DNA from: Alphaproteobacteria bacterium
GTDB lineage: Bacteria > Pseudomonadota > Alphaproteobacteria > MPNO01 > UBA830
Length of the DNA stretch: 64,000 bases
NCBI GenBank assembly: GCA_965243135.1
Contig: OZ251539.1
Location: 1,792,001-1,856,000, forward strand
Reading direction: 5' to 3'
The translations under genes and the position numbers were made by a program. Each line of letters starts with the position of its first letter. Position 1 is the first letter of the stretch. Positions 20,874 through 30,881 of the stretch are shown here, piece by piece. The notes beneath the pieces were generated by a model, which worked only from the letters and a program-made list of their open reading frames with translations, was not told the DNA's origin and did no database searches.

Positions 20874-22384
20874 CGCTCCGCAGCCTTCTTGCGTCCCGCG
20901 CCGCCGAAAAGATTGCCTCCTCCGGAGCCGCCGGAACAGCCGTTGCCGAACGAGAAGCCGCAGGATCCGCGCAGATCGTAAGCGTCCTCGACCTCTTCCC
21001 TGTGCGACGTAGGAATGACGAAGCGATCCTCGTAGTTGGCGATCGCCATCAGCTTGTACATTTCCTCGATCTGGCCGGAAGAGAGGCCTACGCGCTCCAG
21101 GACCCTTTCGTTCGGCGACCCTTCGACGGTGACGCTTCTCATGTAGATGCGCATCGCGAACAGGCGCTCGAGCGCGCCCGCGATCGGCTCTTCCTTGCCG
21201 GCGGCGAGCAGATTGGCGAGGTAACGGACGGGTATCCGGAGCGAGCGCACGTCCGGGATGTCGTCGTCGAAGCCGATCATCCCGTTCTCGGCCGCGGACT
21301 GGATCGGCGACAGCGGCGGCACGTACCAGACCATGGGAAGGGTCCGGTATTCCGGATGGAGCGGAAACGCGACCTTCCAGTCGACGGCCATCTTGTAGAC
21401 GGGCGAATTCCGCGCCGCCTCCAGCCATCCGTCCGGAATTCCGTCCCGGCGGGCCTGCCGGATCACCCCGTCGTCGTTGGGGTCGAGAAAGATCCCGAGC
21501 TGCTCCTCGTAAAGATCCTGTTCGTTTTCCGTCGCGGCCGCGGCCTCGATCCGGTCCGCGTCGTAGAGCATCACGCCGAGATAGCGGATCCTTCCGACGC
21601 AGGTCTCCGAGCAGACCGTCGGCTGCCCGGCCTCGATGCGCGGGTAGCAAAGCGTGCATTTTTCCGACTTTCCGGACGACCAGTTGAAGTAGATCTTCTT
21701 GTACGGGCAACCGGACACGCACATCCGCCAGCCGCGGCATTTCTCCTGATCGATCAGGACGATCCCGTCCTCCTCGCGCTTGTAGATCGCCCCCGACGGA
21801 CAGACGGCCGCGCAGCTCGGGTTGAGGCAGTGTTCGCACAGGCGCGGGAGATACATCATGAACGTGTTCTCGAACTGCCCGTAGATTTCCTTCTCGATTC
21901 CCTCGAAATTCTCGTCCTTCGAGCGCTTCTCGAATTCTCCTCCGAGAATCTCCTCCCAGTTGGGCCCGGCCTCGATCTTCTCCATGCGCTCGCCGGTGAT
22001 CCGGGAGCGCGGCCGCGCGGTCGGCGTCGCCTTCATCTCCGGCGCCGACTGCAAATGGTCGTAATCGAAATCGAACGGCTCGTAGTAGTCGTCGATTTCC
22101 GGCAGGTCGGGATTGGCGAAGATCTTCGCCAGAATTTTCCATTTGGCGCCCATGGTGGGCTGAAGCTTGCCGTTCTTCTTGCGCACCCATCCGCCGTTCC
22201 ACCGATCCTGGTTCTCCCACTCGTTCGGATAGCCGGTTCCGGGCTTGCTCTCGACGTTGTTGAACCACGCGTATTCCATGCCGTCGCGATTCGTCCACAC
22301 GTTCTTGCAGGTGACGGAGCACGTATGGCAGCCGATGCACTTGTCGAGATTGAGGACCTTGCCGATCTGGGCGCGAATCTTCAT
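20870..22384 (-). CDS. narH: Respiratory nitrate reductase beta subunit
   Basis: MKIRAQIGKVLNLDKCIGCHTCSVTCK, PRLCEHCLNP.C, CRGWRMCVSGCP. Confidence 0.98.
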   Translation of the reverse strand: MKIRAQIGKVLNLDKCIGCHTCSVTCKNVWTNRDGMEYAWFNNVESKPGTGYPNEWENQDRWNGGWVRKKNGKLQPTMGAKWKILAKIFANPDLPEIDDYYEPFDFDYDHLQSAPEMKATPTARPRSRITGERMEKIEAGPNWEEILGGEFEKRSKDENFEGIEKEIYGQFENTFMMYLPRLCEHCLNPSCAAVCPSGAIYKREEDGIVLIDQEKCRGWRMCVSGCPYKKIYFNWSSGKSEKCTLCYPRIEAGQPTVCSETCVGRIRYLGVMLYDADRIEAAAATENEQDLYEEQLGIFLDPNDDGVIRQARRDGIPDGWLEAARNSPVYKMAVDWKVAFPLHPEYRTLPMVWYVPPLSPIQSAAENGMIGFDDDIPDVRSLRIPVRYLANLLAAGKEEPIAGALERLFAMRIYMRSVTVEGSPNERVLERVGLSSGQIEEMYKLMAIANYEDRFVIPTSHREEVEDAYDLRGSCGFSFGNGCSGGSGGGNLFGGAGRKKAAER

Positions 22385-25300
22385 GGCGTTTTCTCCCCTG
22401 CCGCCGTTTCTCCGGCGGGTTCGTCGAGCCAGTCTATCCGGCCCATCTTGCGAACGACGACGAATTCGTCCCGGTTCGAGCCGACCGTTCCGTAATAGTT
22501 GAAGCCGTACGATTGCTGCGCGTAACCGCCGATCATGTGCGTCGGCTTGACCACGGCGCGCGTCACCGAGTTGTGTATTCCGCCGCGACGGCCCGTCGTT
22601 TCCGAACCGGGCGTGTTCACCACTTTCTCCTGGGCATGGTACATGAAGAGCGTGCCTTCCCTGATCCGCTGCGAGACGACGGCGCGCGCGGTCAGGGCGC
22701 CGTTGCGGTTGTACGCCTCGACCCAGTCGTTGTCCCGGATGCCCGCCTTCGCGGCGTCGATCTCGGAGATCCACACGACCGGGCCGCCCCGGTTGAGCGT
22801 CAGCATCAGGAGGTTGTCGGTATAGGTGGAATGGATCCCCCATTTTTGGTGGGGAGTGATGAAGTTGAGGACGATCTGCGGGTTGCCGTCCGCTTTCTCG
22901 TCGATCAGGGATCCGATGCTCTTCGTTTCGATCGGCGGCCGGTACACGCAAAAACCCTCGCCGAAGGCGCGCATCCACAGGTGATCCTGATAGAGCTGCT
23001 GGCGCCCGGTAAGCGTGCGCCACGGAATCAGTTCGTGGACGTTCGTATAGCCCGCGTTGTAGCAGACGGCCTCCGATTCGAGGCCGGACCACGTCGGCGA
23101 GGAAATGATCTTGCGGGGCTGGGCGACGATGTCGGCGAAACGAATCTTTTCGTCCTCCTTCGATTCCGCCAGATGGGCGTGCCGCCTTCCCGTCGCCTTC
23201 GACAGCGCATCCCAGGCGCGAACCGCGACTTCGCCGTTGGTCTCCGGCGCCAGCATCAGAATCGTTTCGGCCGCGTCGACGTCGCTTTCGATGCGCGGCA
23301 ATCCGGCGGTCGGCCCGTCCCCGCTCGCAACGCCGTTCAGCGCCCTCAAACGCTCGATCTCGGGATCGGTATTCCAGGCGATCCCCTTGCCTCCGTTGCC
23401 CAGCCGGGACATCAGCGGCCCCAGCGCCGTGAAGCGGGCGTAAACGTTCGGGTAGTCCCGTTCGACCACGGCGACCGCGGGCATGGTCTTTCCGGGCGCC
23501 GGATCGACCTCGCCCTTCTTCCACTCCCGCACCTCGAACGCCTGGGCGAGCTCGAGCGGCGTGTCGTGAAGGATCGGCGCAAGGACGACGTCCTTCTCCA
23601 CGCCGAGGACTTCGGGCGCCACTTCGGAAAACGTTCGCGCCAGCCCCTTGAAGATCTCCCAGTCGCTACGGCATTCCCAGACGGGATCGACCGCCGCGGT
23701 CAGCGGATGGATGAACGGATGCATGTCCGAAGTGTTGAGGTCGTTCTTCTCGTACCAGGTCGCCGTGGGCAGCACGATGTCCGAATAGACGCAGGTCGTG
23801 GACATGCGGAAGTCGATCGTCACGAGCAGGTCGAGCTTGCCCTGCGGCGCCTCCTCGCGCCAGACGACCTCCCGCGGCTTGCGGTCCCCGGTCTCTCCGA
23901 GATCCCGGTTCATGACGCCGTGGTCGGCGCCGAGCAGGTGCTTGAGGAAGTATTCGTGGCCCTTGCCGGACGAGCCCAGGAGGTTGGAGCGCCACACGAA
24001 GAGGTTGCGCGGCCAATTGGCGGGATTGTCGGGATCTTCGCACGACATCCTTAGTTCGCCGGCCTTCAGCGCCGCCGCGACGTGCTCGGAGGGATCGGCC
24101 CCGGCTTCTTCCGCCCGCCTGGCGACGTCCAGCGGGTTGGTTTCGAGCTGCGGCGCCGAAGGCAGCCATCCCATGCGCTCCGAACGGACATTGTAGTCGA
24201 CGAGCGCGCCGTCCCACGACCCGTCCGGCGCAGTCGGGGACAGCAGTTCGTCGACGCCGAGCGTTTCGTAGCGCCACTGGTCGGTGTGAGCGTAGAAGAA
24301 CGAGGTGGAGTTCATGTGCCGGGGGGGTCTGCTCCAGTCGAGCGCGAAGGCGAGAGGCAGCCAGCCGGTCTGCGGCCGGAGCTTCTCCTGACCGACGTAG
24401 TGGCACCAGCCGCCGCCCGACTGACCCACGCAGCCGCACATCACCAGGAGATTGATGATCCCCCGGTAGTTCATGTCCATGTGGTACCAATGGTTGAGTC
24501 CGGCGCCGAGGATGACCATCGAGCGCCCGCCCGTCTTTTCGGCGTTGGCCGCGAACTCGCGCGCCACGGCCGCGATGCGTCCGGCGGGAACGCCCGTGAT
24601 CCTCTCCGCCCAGGCCGGCGTGTAGGGCGCGTCGTCGTCGTAGGAAACGCCGACGCCGTAATTCGCGACGAGGAGATCGAACACCGTCGCCGCGAGCGCC
24701 TCGCCGTTCCCGAGCGCCACCCGCTTCGCGGGCACGCGCCTTTCGAGGACGTCCGGATGATCGGTGCCTTCGAAGTGATCGTGGGACCGGTTGCCGAAAT
24801 AAGGGAAGCCTACCGCGACGTCCGGCTCCCCGGCCAGCGACAGGGCGAGATCGACCGTTCGCCCTTCGGCGTCGCGGGTTTCGAGATTCCAGCCGCCCTG
24901 CCCTTCCCATCGGAACCCCGCCGCCCCGGCGGGCGCGACGAAGCCGCCCGACGCGCGATCGAACGCCACGGTCTTCCACTCGGCGTTGCCTTGCCGGCCC
25001 AGTTCTCCGTCGAAGTCCGACGCGCGGAGGAAACGATCCGGAACGTAACGGCCGTCCCGCTCCGTCAGCAGGACCAGCATCGGCATGTCGGTGAAGCGCC
25101 GGGCGTAATCGGCGAAGTACTCGACCTGCCGGTCGATATGGAACTCGCGCAGGACAACGTGCCCCATGGCGAGGGCGAGGGCCGCGTCGGTGCCCTGCTT
25201 CGGATGGAGCCACAGGTCGGCGAATTTGGCCGCCTCGGAGTAATCGGGGCAGATCACCACGGACTTGGCGCCCCGATAGCGCGCTTCGGTATAGAAGTGC

Positions 25301-26088
25301 GCGTCGGGCGTCCGCGTCTGCGGCACGTTGGAACCCCAGAGAATCAGGAAGCCCGAATTGTACCAGTCGGCCGATTCGGGCACGTCGGTCTGCTCGCCCC
25401 ACGTCATGGGCGACGCCGGGGGCAGGTCGCAATACCAGTCGTAGAACGACATGCACACGCCGCCGAGAAGCGAAAGGTACCGGGAACCGGCGGCGTAAGA
25501 CACCATCGACATGGCGGGGATGGGAGAGAAACCGACGATCCGGTCGGGACCATGCGTCCGGATCGTATAGGCGTTGGCGGCCGCGACGATTTCGTTCGCC
25601 TCGTCCCATTCCGCGCGGACGAAGCCGCCGAGCCCGCGTTTCCGCGTATAGGACGCGCGCCGGTCCGGATCCTCGACGATGGAGGCCCAGGCGGCGACCG
25701 GCGGAAGATTTTCGCGCGCCGCGCGCCACAACCTGAGCAGCGGCGTGCGGATCAGCGGATGCTTCACCCGGTTGGCGGAGTACATGTACCAGCTGTAGCT
25801 CGCGCCGCGGCTGCAGCCGCGGGGCTCGTGATTCGGCAGTTCGGGACGGGTCCGGGGATAATCCGTCTGCTGGGTTTCCCAGGTGACGATCCCGCCCTTG
25901 ACGTAGATCTTCCACGAGCAAGCGCCCGTGCAGTTCGCTCCGTGGGTCGAACGCACGACCTTGTCGTGTTGCCAGCGTTTGCGATAGCCGTCTTCCCAGC
26001 GCCGGTCCTCTTCGGTGACGACGCCATGCCCGTCCGAGAACGAATCGCGCGGCGACAGGAAATTCAAGCGGTCAAGCAGATGGCTCAC
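22381..26088 (-). CDS. narG: Respiratory nitrate reductase alpha subunit
   Basis: STHGANCTGACSW, EPRGC.RG, SFYDWYCDLP, HYVGQEK, TPHQKWGIH, YGTVGSNRD. Confidence 0.98.
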   Translation of the reverse strand: MSHLLDRLNFLSPRDSFSDGHGVVTEEDRRWEDGYRKRWQHDKVVRSTHGANCTGACSWKIYVKGGIVTWETQQTDYPRTRPELPNHEPRGCSRGASYSWYMYSANRVKHPLIRTPLLRLWRAARENLPPVAAWASIVEDPDRRASYTRKRGLGGFVRAEWDEANEIVAAANAYTIRTHGPDRIVGFSPIPAMSMVSYAAGSRYLSLLGGVCMSFYDWYCDLPPASPMTWGEQTDVPESADWYNSGFLILWGSNVPQTRTPDAHFYTEARYRGAKSVVICPDYSEAAKFADLWLHPKQGTDAALALAMGHVVLREFHIDRQVEYFADYARRFTDMPMLVLLTERDGRYVPDRFLRASDFDGELGRQGNAEWKTVAFDRASGGFVAPAGAAGFRWEGQGGWNLETRDAEGRTVDLALSLAGEPDVAVGFPYFGNRSHDHFEGTDHPDVLERRVPAKRVALGNGEALAATVFDLLVANYGVGVSYDDDAPYTPAWAERITGVPAGRIAAVAREFAANAEKTGGRSMVILGAGLNHWYHMDMNYRGIINLLVMCGCVGQSGGGWCHYVGQEKLRPQTGWLPLAFALDWSRPPRHMNSTSFFYAHTDQWRYETLGVDELLSPTAPDGSWDGALVDYNVRSERMGWLPSAPQLETNPLDVARRAEEAGADPSEHVAAALKAGELRMSCEDPDNPANWPRNLFVWRSNLLGSSGKGHEYFLKHLLGADHGVMNRDLGETGDRKPREVVWREEAPQGKLDLLVTIDFRMSTTCVYSDIVLPTATWYEKNDLNTSDMHPFIHPLTAAVDPVWECRSDWEIFKGLARTFSEVAPEVLGVEKDVVLAPILHDTPLELAQAFEVREWKKGEVDPAPGKTMPAVAVVERDYPNVYARFTALGPLMSRLGNGGKGIAWNTDPEIERLRALNGVASGDGPTAGLPRIESDVDAAETILMLAPETNGEVAVRAWDALSKATGRRHAHLAESKEDEKIRFADIVAQPRKIISSPTWSGLESEAVCYNAGYTNVHELIPWRTLTGRQQLYQDHLWMRAFGEGFCVYRPPIETKSIGSLIDEKADGNPQIVLNFITPHQKWGIHSTYTDNLLMLTLNRGGPVVWISEIDAAKAGIRDNDWVEAYNRNGALTARAVVSQRIREGTLFMYHAQEKVVNTPGSETTGRRGGIHNSVTRAVVKPTHMIGGYAQQSYGFNYYGTVGSNRDEFVVVRKMGRIDWLDEPAGETAAGEKTP

Positions 26089-26097
26089 GGCGTCCTC

Positions 26098-27462
26098 TCA
26101 ACAGGGAACCGGCGCGTTGCGCCGCGTGTAGCAGGTCCACGTGATGCACAGGCAGAGGGCGTAGAACCCCATGAAAACCGCCAGCGCGGCTTCCGGTCCG
26201 CCGGTGATCGCGATCGAGCTTCCGTAGGCTTTCGGAATGAAGAAGGCTCCGTAGGCCGCGACCGCGGAGGTGAACGCGATGATCGCCGCCGACTCGCGCC
26301 CCGATTGCAAGCGGCGGCCCTCCTCGTCGAGATCCGGCATCAAGCGCGCGACTTCCTTGCCCATGATGCTCGGGATCATCTGGAAGGTGGACGCGTTTCC
26401 GACTCCGGTCGCGAGGAACAGCGCCATGAACATCGCGAAAAAGCCCCAAAACGCGCCGGGCGCGTCCTTGATTCCGAGAAAGAAGAGCACCCCCGCCACG
26501 GCGAGCAGCATCGCGAGGAAGGTCCAGAACGTGACGCGACCGCCGCCGTACCTGTCCGATACCCAGCCCGTCGCCGCGCGGCTGAGAGCGCCCACGAGCG
26601 GTCCGAGGAAGACGTACTGGAGGGAGTCGATCTCGGGAAACTGGGTCTTGGCGAGAAGCGGAAATCCGGCCGAGTACCCGATGAACGAACCGAACGTTCC
26701 CGTGTAGAGAACGCACATGATCCAGTTGTGCTTGCGCCGAAAGATTATCGCCTGCTCCCTGAAGGAGGCCCTCGCGGAAGAGATGTCGTTCATGCCGAAC
26801 CAGGCGGCGGCGGCGCAGATCGCGAGGAACGGCACCCAGACGAAGCCGGCGTTCTGCAACCAGAGCTTTCCGCCTTCCGTGGTGGTCTGGGGCGCGCCGC
26901 CGAGGGCGCCGAACACGCCTGCCGCCACCGCCAGCGGCACCGCGAATTGCATGACCGAAACGCCGGCGTTGCCGAGTCCGGCGTTGAGCGCGAGCGCGTT
27001 GCCTTTTTCCGACTGGGGAAAGAAGAAACTGATGTTCGCCATCGAAGACGCGAAGTTGCCGCCGCCGAGTCCGCAGAGAAGCGCGAGTCCGAGAAACAGG
27101 ACGTAGGGCGTTTCGGGATCCTGCACCGCGAAGCCGATTCCGGCGGCGGGCACGAGCAGGGAAGCGGTGGACAACGTCGTCCAGAGGCGGCCTCCGAAAA
27201 TCGGGACCATGAACGAATAGAATATGCGGAGAGTGGCCCCCGACAGGCCGGGAAGGGCCGCCAGCCAGAAAAGCTCGTCCGTCGTATACGTAAACCCGAC
27301 GGCGGGCAGCTTGGCGACGACGACGCTCCACACCAGCCAGACCGAAAAGGCCAGCAGCAGGCAGGGTATCGAGATCCAGAGATTGCGCGCCGCGATCCGC
27401 TTGCCGCGGTCCCGCCAGAACGCGGGGTCGTCGGGCCGCCAGTCGATCAGCGCGCGGGCCAT
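26098..27462 (-). CDS. narK: NarK2-type nitrate/nitrite transporter
   Basis: ARNLWISIPCLLLAF, GGGNFASSM.NISFFFP, GNASTFQMI. Confidence 0.93.
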   Translation of the reverse strand: MARALIDWRPDDPAFWRDRGKRIAARNLWISIPCLLLAFSVWLVWSVVVAKLPAVGFTYTTDELFWLAALPGLSGATLRIFYSFMVPIFGGRLWTTLSTASLLVPAAGIGFAVQDPETPYVLFLGLALLCGLGGGNFASSMANISFFFPQSEKGNALALNAGLGNAGVSVMQFAVPLAVAAGVFGALGGAPQTTTEGGKLWLQNAGFVWVPFLAICAAAAWFGMNDISSARASFREQAIIFRRKHNWIMCVLYTGTFGSFIGYSAGFPLLAKTQFPEIDSLQYVFLGPLVGALSRAATGWVSDRYGGGRVTFWTFLAMLLAVAGVLFFLGIKDAPGAFWGFFAMFMALFLATGVGNASTFQMIPSIMGKEVARLMPDLDEEGRRLQSGRESAAIIAFTSAVAAYGAFFIPKAYGSSIAITGGPEAALAVFMGFYALCLCITWTCYTRRNAPVPC

Positions 27463-27469
27463 GCGTCCG

Positions 27470-28807
27470 TCAACCCCGCTTGGGATGCGACGGCGGCGGA
27501 CCGACGGAGACGTCGGGCACGTCGCTCAGATAGATCTCTTCCGCGAGGGCCGGATGGCGGCGGCGCTCCATGAGACGGATGGCCGCGTGCATCCAGACCA
27601 GGCTCACGAGGACGATCGCGAACATCAGCATGAAGCAGCTCGTCCACACCCCGGTCAGATCGTTCATGATCCCGAACGCGATGGGCAGGGCGAATCCGCC
27701 GAGGCCGCCGATCATGCCGACAAGGCCTCCGACCGCGCCGACGTGATACGGGTAGTAGACGGGGATGTGCTTGTAGACCGCCGCCTTGCCGAGCGACATC
27801 ACGAAACCCAGCGCGATGGTGAGAAAGGCGAAAAGCGGCACGCCCACGCCGAAGGAGAACGTCAGCGGACCCTCGATGCCTTTCACGGTGTAGCGCGTCT
27901 CGGGATAGCTGAGAACGAACAGGCAGATCAGGGAGACGACGAAGGTGACGTACATCACCGCCCGCGCGCCCCATCGGTCCGACATCCAGCCGCCGAGCGC
28001 GCGGAATACCGACGCGGGAAGAGAATACGCCGCGGCCAGCATGCCCGCGGCCTCGAGGCTGAGGCCGTAAGCGCCAACGTAGTAGCGCGGCAACCACGAG
28101 GCGAGCGCGACGAAGGCGCCGAAAACGAAGAAGTAGTAGGTGGCGAACCGCCATACCTGCCAGTTCTTCAACGGCGCCAGCTGTTCGGCGGCCGAGACGG
28201 ACTTGCGCTTCTCGCGCCGGCGCGCCTGCAACGCCGGATCCTCTTTGGCGAACGCGTAGAACGCGACCGCCACCGCCGCCAGGCAGACGGCGTAGGTCTG
28301 CGCCGCCGCCTGCCAGCCGAAGGCGACGACGAGAAAGGGCGCGCCGAAATTGGTGACCGCGGCGCCGACGTTCCCCGCCCCGAATATGCCGAGAGCCGTG
28401 CCTTGCCTCTCTTTCGGAAACCAGTGCGACACGTATGTGACGCCGACGATGAAGGATCCTCCGGCCAGCCCGACGCCGAGGGCGGCGACGAGGAACATCG
28501 CGTAGCTGTCGACGCTCGACAGCAGCCAGGTGGCGACGGCGGTGGCGATCATCTGAAGCGCATAGACGAGACGCCCGCCGTATTGCTCCGTCCAGACGCC
28601 GAGAAAGATCCGGCTTACCGAACCCGTCAGAACCGGCGTGGCGACCAGAATGCCGAATTCGGTCTCCGAAAGGTCGAGGTCGTCCTTGATCTTCACGCCG
28701 ACGATCGAAAAGATCGTCCAGACCGCGAAGCACACAGTGAACGCGAAAGTGCTCCAGCCAATGGCGCGGTATTGTTCGCCGCGCGTAACGTCGTCCACAA
28801 AATGCAT
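27470..28807 (-). CDS. narK: NarK1-type nitrate/nitrite transporter
   Basis: AFTVCFAVW, GVTYVSHWFP..RQG.ALGIFGAGN.G, GKAAVYKHIP.YYP. Confidence 0.92.
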   Translation of the reverse strand: MHFVDDVTRGEQYRAIGWSTFAFTVCFAVWTIFSIVGVKIKDDLDLSETEFGILVATPVLTGSVSRIFLGVWTEQYGGRLVYALQMIATAVATWLLSSVDSYAMFLVAALGVGLAGGSFIVGVTYVSHWFPKERQGTALGIFGAGNVGAAVTNFGAPFLVVAFGWQAAAQTYAVCLAAVAVAFYAFAKEDPALQARRREKRKSVSAAEQLAPLKNWQVWRFATYYFFVFGAFVALASWLPRYYVGAYGLSLEAAGMLAAAYSLPASVFRALGGWMSDRWGARAVMYVTFVVSLICLFVLSYPETRYTVKGIEGPLTFSFGVGVPLFAFLTIALGFVMSLGKAAVYKHIPVYYPYHVGAVGGLVGMIGGLGGFALPIAFGIMNDLTGVWTSCFMLMFAIVLVSLVWMHAAIRLMERRRHPALAEEIYLSDVPDVSVGPPPSHPKRG

Positions 28808-28875
28808 GCGGCAGCCTCCGACACGGCCTCGCCGTCCGTCTCGGCGCCATTGTGGGCATTTTCCCGTCCGGCGAA

Positions 28876-28889
28876 TTGATCCGAATTAA
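28876..28889. promoter_or_regulatory. FNR/Dnr-type binding site upstream of the nar operon
   Basis: TTGAT-ccga-ATTAA, one mismatch to TTGAT-N4-ATCAA, ~70 bp upstream of the narK ATG. Confidence 0.8.
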
Positions 28890-29009
28890 ACGACCGGGCC
28901 AATTGCGAAAAAAAAGCGCCGACGCTTCGCTTTGCGGTACACGCGACGCTTTCCGTGGTAAAACTCGGACGCCGCAAGAAACCGGGCGCAGCATTCAGGG
29001 AAGCGTGCG

Positions 29010-29336
29010 ATGATCGACACCGAGAGCGTCAGAAAACAGCTTGAGGAGCGTCTGGCGACACTGACGTCGAAACTGACGGAAATCGACGAAGACCTCAAGG
29101 AACACGGCACCGAGGCCGACTTCGAGGAACGCGCAACGGAAATTGCCGGCGACGAGGTTCTCGAGGGCCTGGGGCTTCAGGGCCAGAAGGAAGCGCTGCA
29201 GATCAGGGCGGCGTTGAAGCGAATCGGGGACGGAACCTACGGCATCTGCGTCCAGTGCGGCGAAGACATTCCCGAAAAGCGCCTCGAGCTGTTGCCGCAC
29301 ACGCCGCTTTGCACGGCCTGCATGTCGGCGAGCTGA
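29010..29336 (+). CDS. TraR/DksA C4 zinc-finger protein
   Basis: Coiled coil with DFEERA tip, GTYGICVQCGEDI..RL..P..LCTAC. Confidence 0.9.
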   Translation: MIDTESVRKQLEERLATLTSKLTEIDEDLKEHGTEADFEERATEIAGDEVLEGLGLQGQKEALQIRAALKRIGDGTYGICVQCGEDIPEKRLELLPHTPLCTACMSAS

Positions 29337-29340
29337 CCGT

Positions 29341-30072
29341 TCATTTCGACGACATCACCAGCGCCAGCAGGTTGGCGGCGTAGTCGGCCGCCTTGCCGGT
29401 ATCCATCAGCCGCGCATTGGCGAGATAGGTCTTGCAGGTGACCAGCGCGGTCCGGTCGCGGCCGCAGAGGACCTCCAGATGCGCCTCGCAGGCGGACGCG
29501 AGTTCGCCGGCCGGAACGACGCTGCTCACGAAACCGGCGGCGCAAGCGGCGGCCGCGTCGATCTCTCCGGTCGAGTAGACCATCCAGCCGACGGATTTCG
29601 GCATCGACCGGTCGATATGGGCCGACATCGCCGCCGTCGGCGGCAGGTCGTGCTTCATTTCCGGGAGCGAGAACCGCGCGTCGTCCGCCGCGATCGCGAT
29701 ATCGCTCACCGCGGCCGCGGCGCAGCCGAAGCCCGCGGCGCGACCCTGCACCGCGGCGACCACCGGAACCTCGGCGCCGCGCACCGCCTCGTAGAAACCG
29801 AGGATCGGCGCGGCGAGCGCCGCGCGCATCTCGACGGCCGTTCTCGGCGTATGTTCCGGCGCGCTCTCGGGATCGCGGCCGAGGCAGAAGTCCGGACCGG
29901 CCGTGGCGATCGAGACCGCCTTGACCGCAGGGTCGCGGCCCGCCTCCCGAATCCATCCCGACAACCGATCCAGCATGCCGAGCGTCAGCATGTTGCCGCG
30001 CTCCGCGCGATCGACGAAGACGCGCGCGACGGCGCCGTCCGTTTCGAATTTGAGAGCTTCGTCCATTTCCAT
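29341..30072 (-). CDS. Enoyl-CoA hydratase/isomerase family protein
   Basis: DFCLGRD, PVVAAVQGRAAGFG, ARFSLPE. Confidence 0.88.
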   Translation of the reverse strand: MEMDEALKFETDGAVARVFVDRAERGNMLTLGMLDRLSGWIREAGRDPAVKAVSIATAGPDFCLGRDPESAPEHTPRTAVEMRAALAAPILGFYEAVRGAEVPVVAAVQGRAAGFGCAAAAVSDIAIAADDARFSLPEMKHDLPPTAAMSAHIDRSMPKSVGWMVYSTGEIDAAAACAAGFVSSVVPAGELASACEAHLEVLCGRDRTALVTCKTYLANARLMDTGKAADYAANLLALVMSSK

Positions 30073-30078
30073 CTCCTT

Positions 30079-30387
30079 CTACTCGCGCGCCCGGACTGCG
30101 CCGCACTCCGGAAGCCGCGAGACTTCGCCCGCGTCCGCATCTTCGCGCAGAACCGCTGCGCCGTCCGCGCCGAGACGTGGAGCGGCGCCCGTCGGAGCGC
30201 GACGTCTTCGCCGGATTGCCCGCTACGCCGGTCGCGTTCCCCTCCCCGTCGTTCAGCGGCAGCATGCCGACGCTTCGACCTTGATCGCCTCCGCCCAGAG
30301 ATCCGCGAGAATCACGGTCGCGTACGGACCGGCGAGAAACCGGGTTAGGTCCGACATCCGCGGTCCAGCCGGCGGTCCCGGTTTCAT
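30079..30387 (-). pseudogene. Family III CoA-transferase (CaiB/BaiF) remnant with N- and C-termini only
   Basis: MKPGPPAGPRMSDLTRFLAGPYATVILADLWAEAIKVE (CaiB N-terminal signature), then within ~200 bp and in shifted frames GVAGNPAK and APRLGADGAAVLRE..* (CaiB C-terminus). Confidence 0.75.
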
Positions 30388-30395
30388 GCCGCCGC

Positions 30396-30878
30396 CTACA
30401 GGATGAAGCTGACCGAGCCCAGCGCGCCGAGCTCCTCGGAGTCCAGGATCGCCCGGCGTTCGGCTATTTTCAGGCCTTCGCCATCCATCGCCAGCCGATG
30501 CACGTAGCGGCCGACATACTCGCCGCCCCTGCCCCCGCGGCGGAACCTGTGGACGGAGAAATTGGCGGTCACAACGGCGGTCACGCCGTTATCTTCGAGA
30601 ATCCGGACGTTGGCGAGCAGACGGCGGGTGCGCGACGGCGGAAATTCGGCATGGGCGTCCGGGCTCTTGAGGCGTTTCACCCGTGCCCGTATGCGCTTGA
30701 TGTCGTCGGCAATGATAAACAACGTCGTGTCGGGGTCGGCGTCCGGCGCCTCGTTGGGCGGCACCAGATAGCGCGCATCCTCGGCGAGAAGTCCCAGCCA
30801 TGCGTCGAGGTCCCAAGCGTCCAGAAGCGCCGCCTCGTGAAACAGAAACTCTTCGGCCTGCTGCCGCGCAAGTCCCAT
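30396..30878 (-). CDS. Aromatic ring-hydroxylating dioxygenase beta subunit
   Basis: EEFLFHEAALLD.W..W, E.PPSRTRR..NV, KIAERR. Confidence 0.92.
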   Translation of the reverse strand: MGLARQQAEEFLFHEAALLDAWDLDAWLGLLAEDARYLVPPNEAPDADPDTTLFIIADDIKRIRARVKRLKSPDAHAEFPPSRTRRLLANVRILEDNGVTAVVTANFSVHRFRRGGRGGEYVGRYVHRLAMDGEGLKIAERRAILDSEELGALGSVSFIL

Positions 30879-30881
30879 GAC

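Noticed and set aside
24082-27573. 1163-aa ORF and other long antisense ORFs (e.g. 410..2458, 11071..12936, 39707..41941)
   Set aside because: Shadow frames opposite clearly identifiable genes in high-GC DNA, with no motifs
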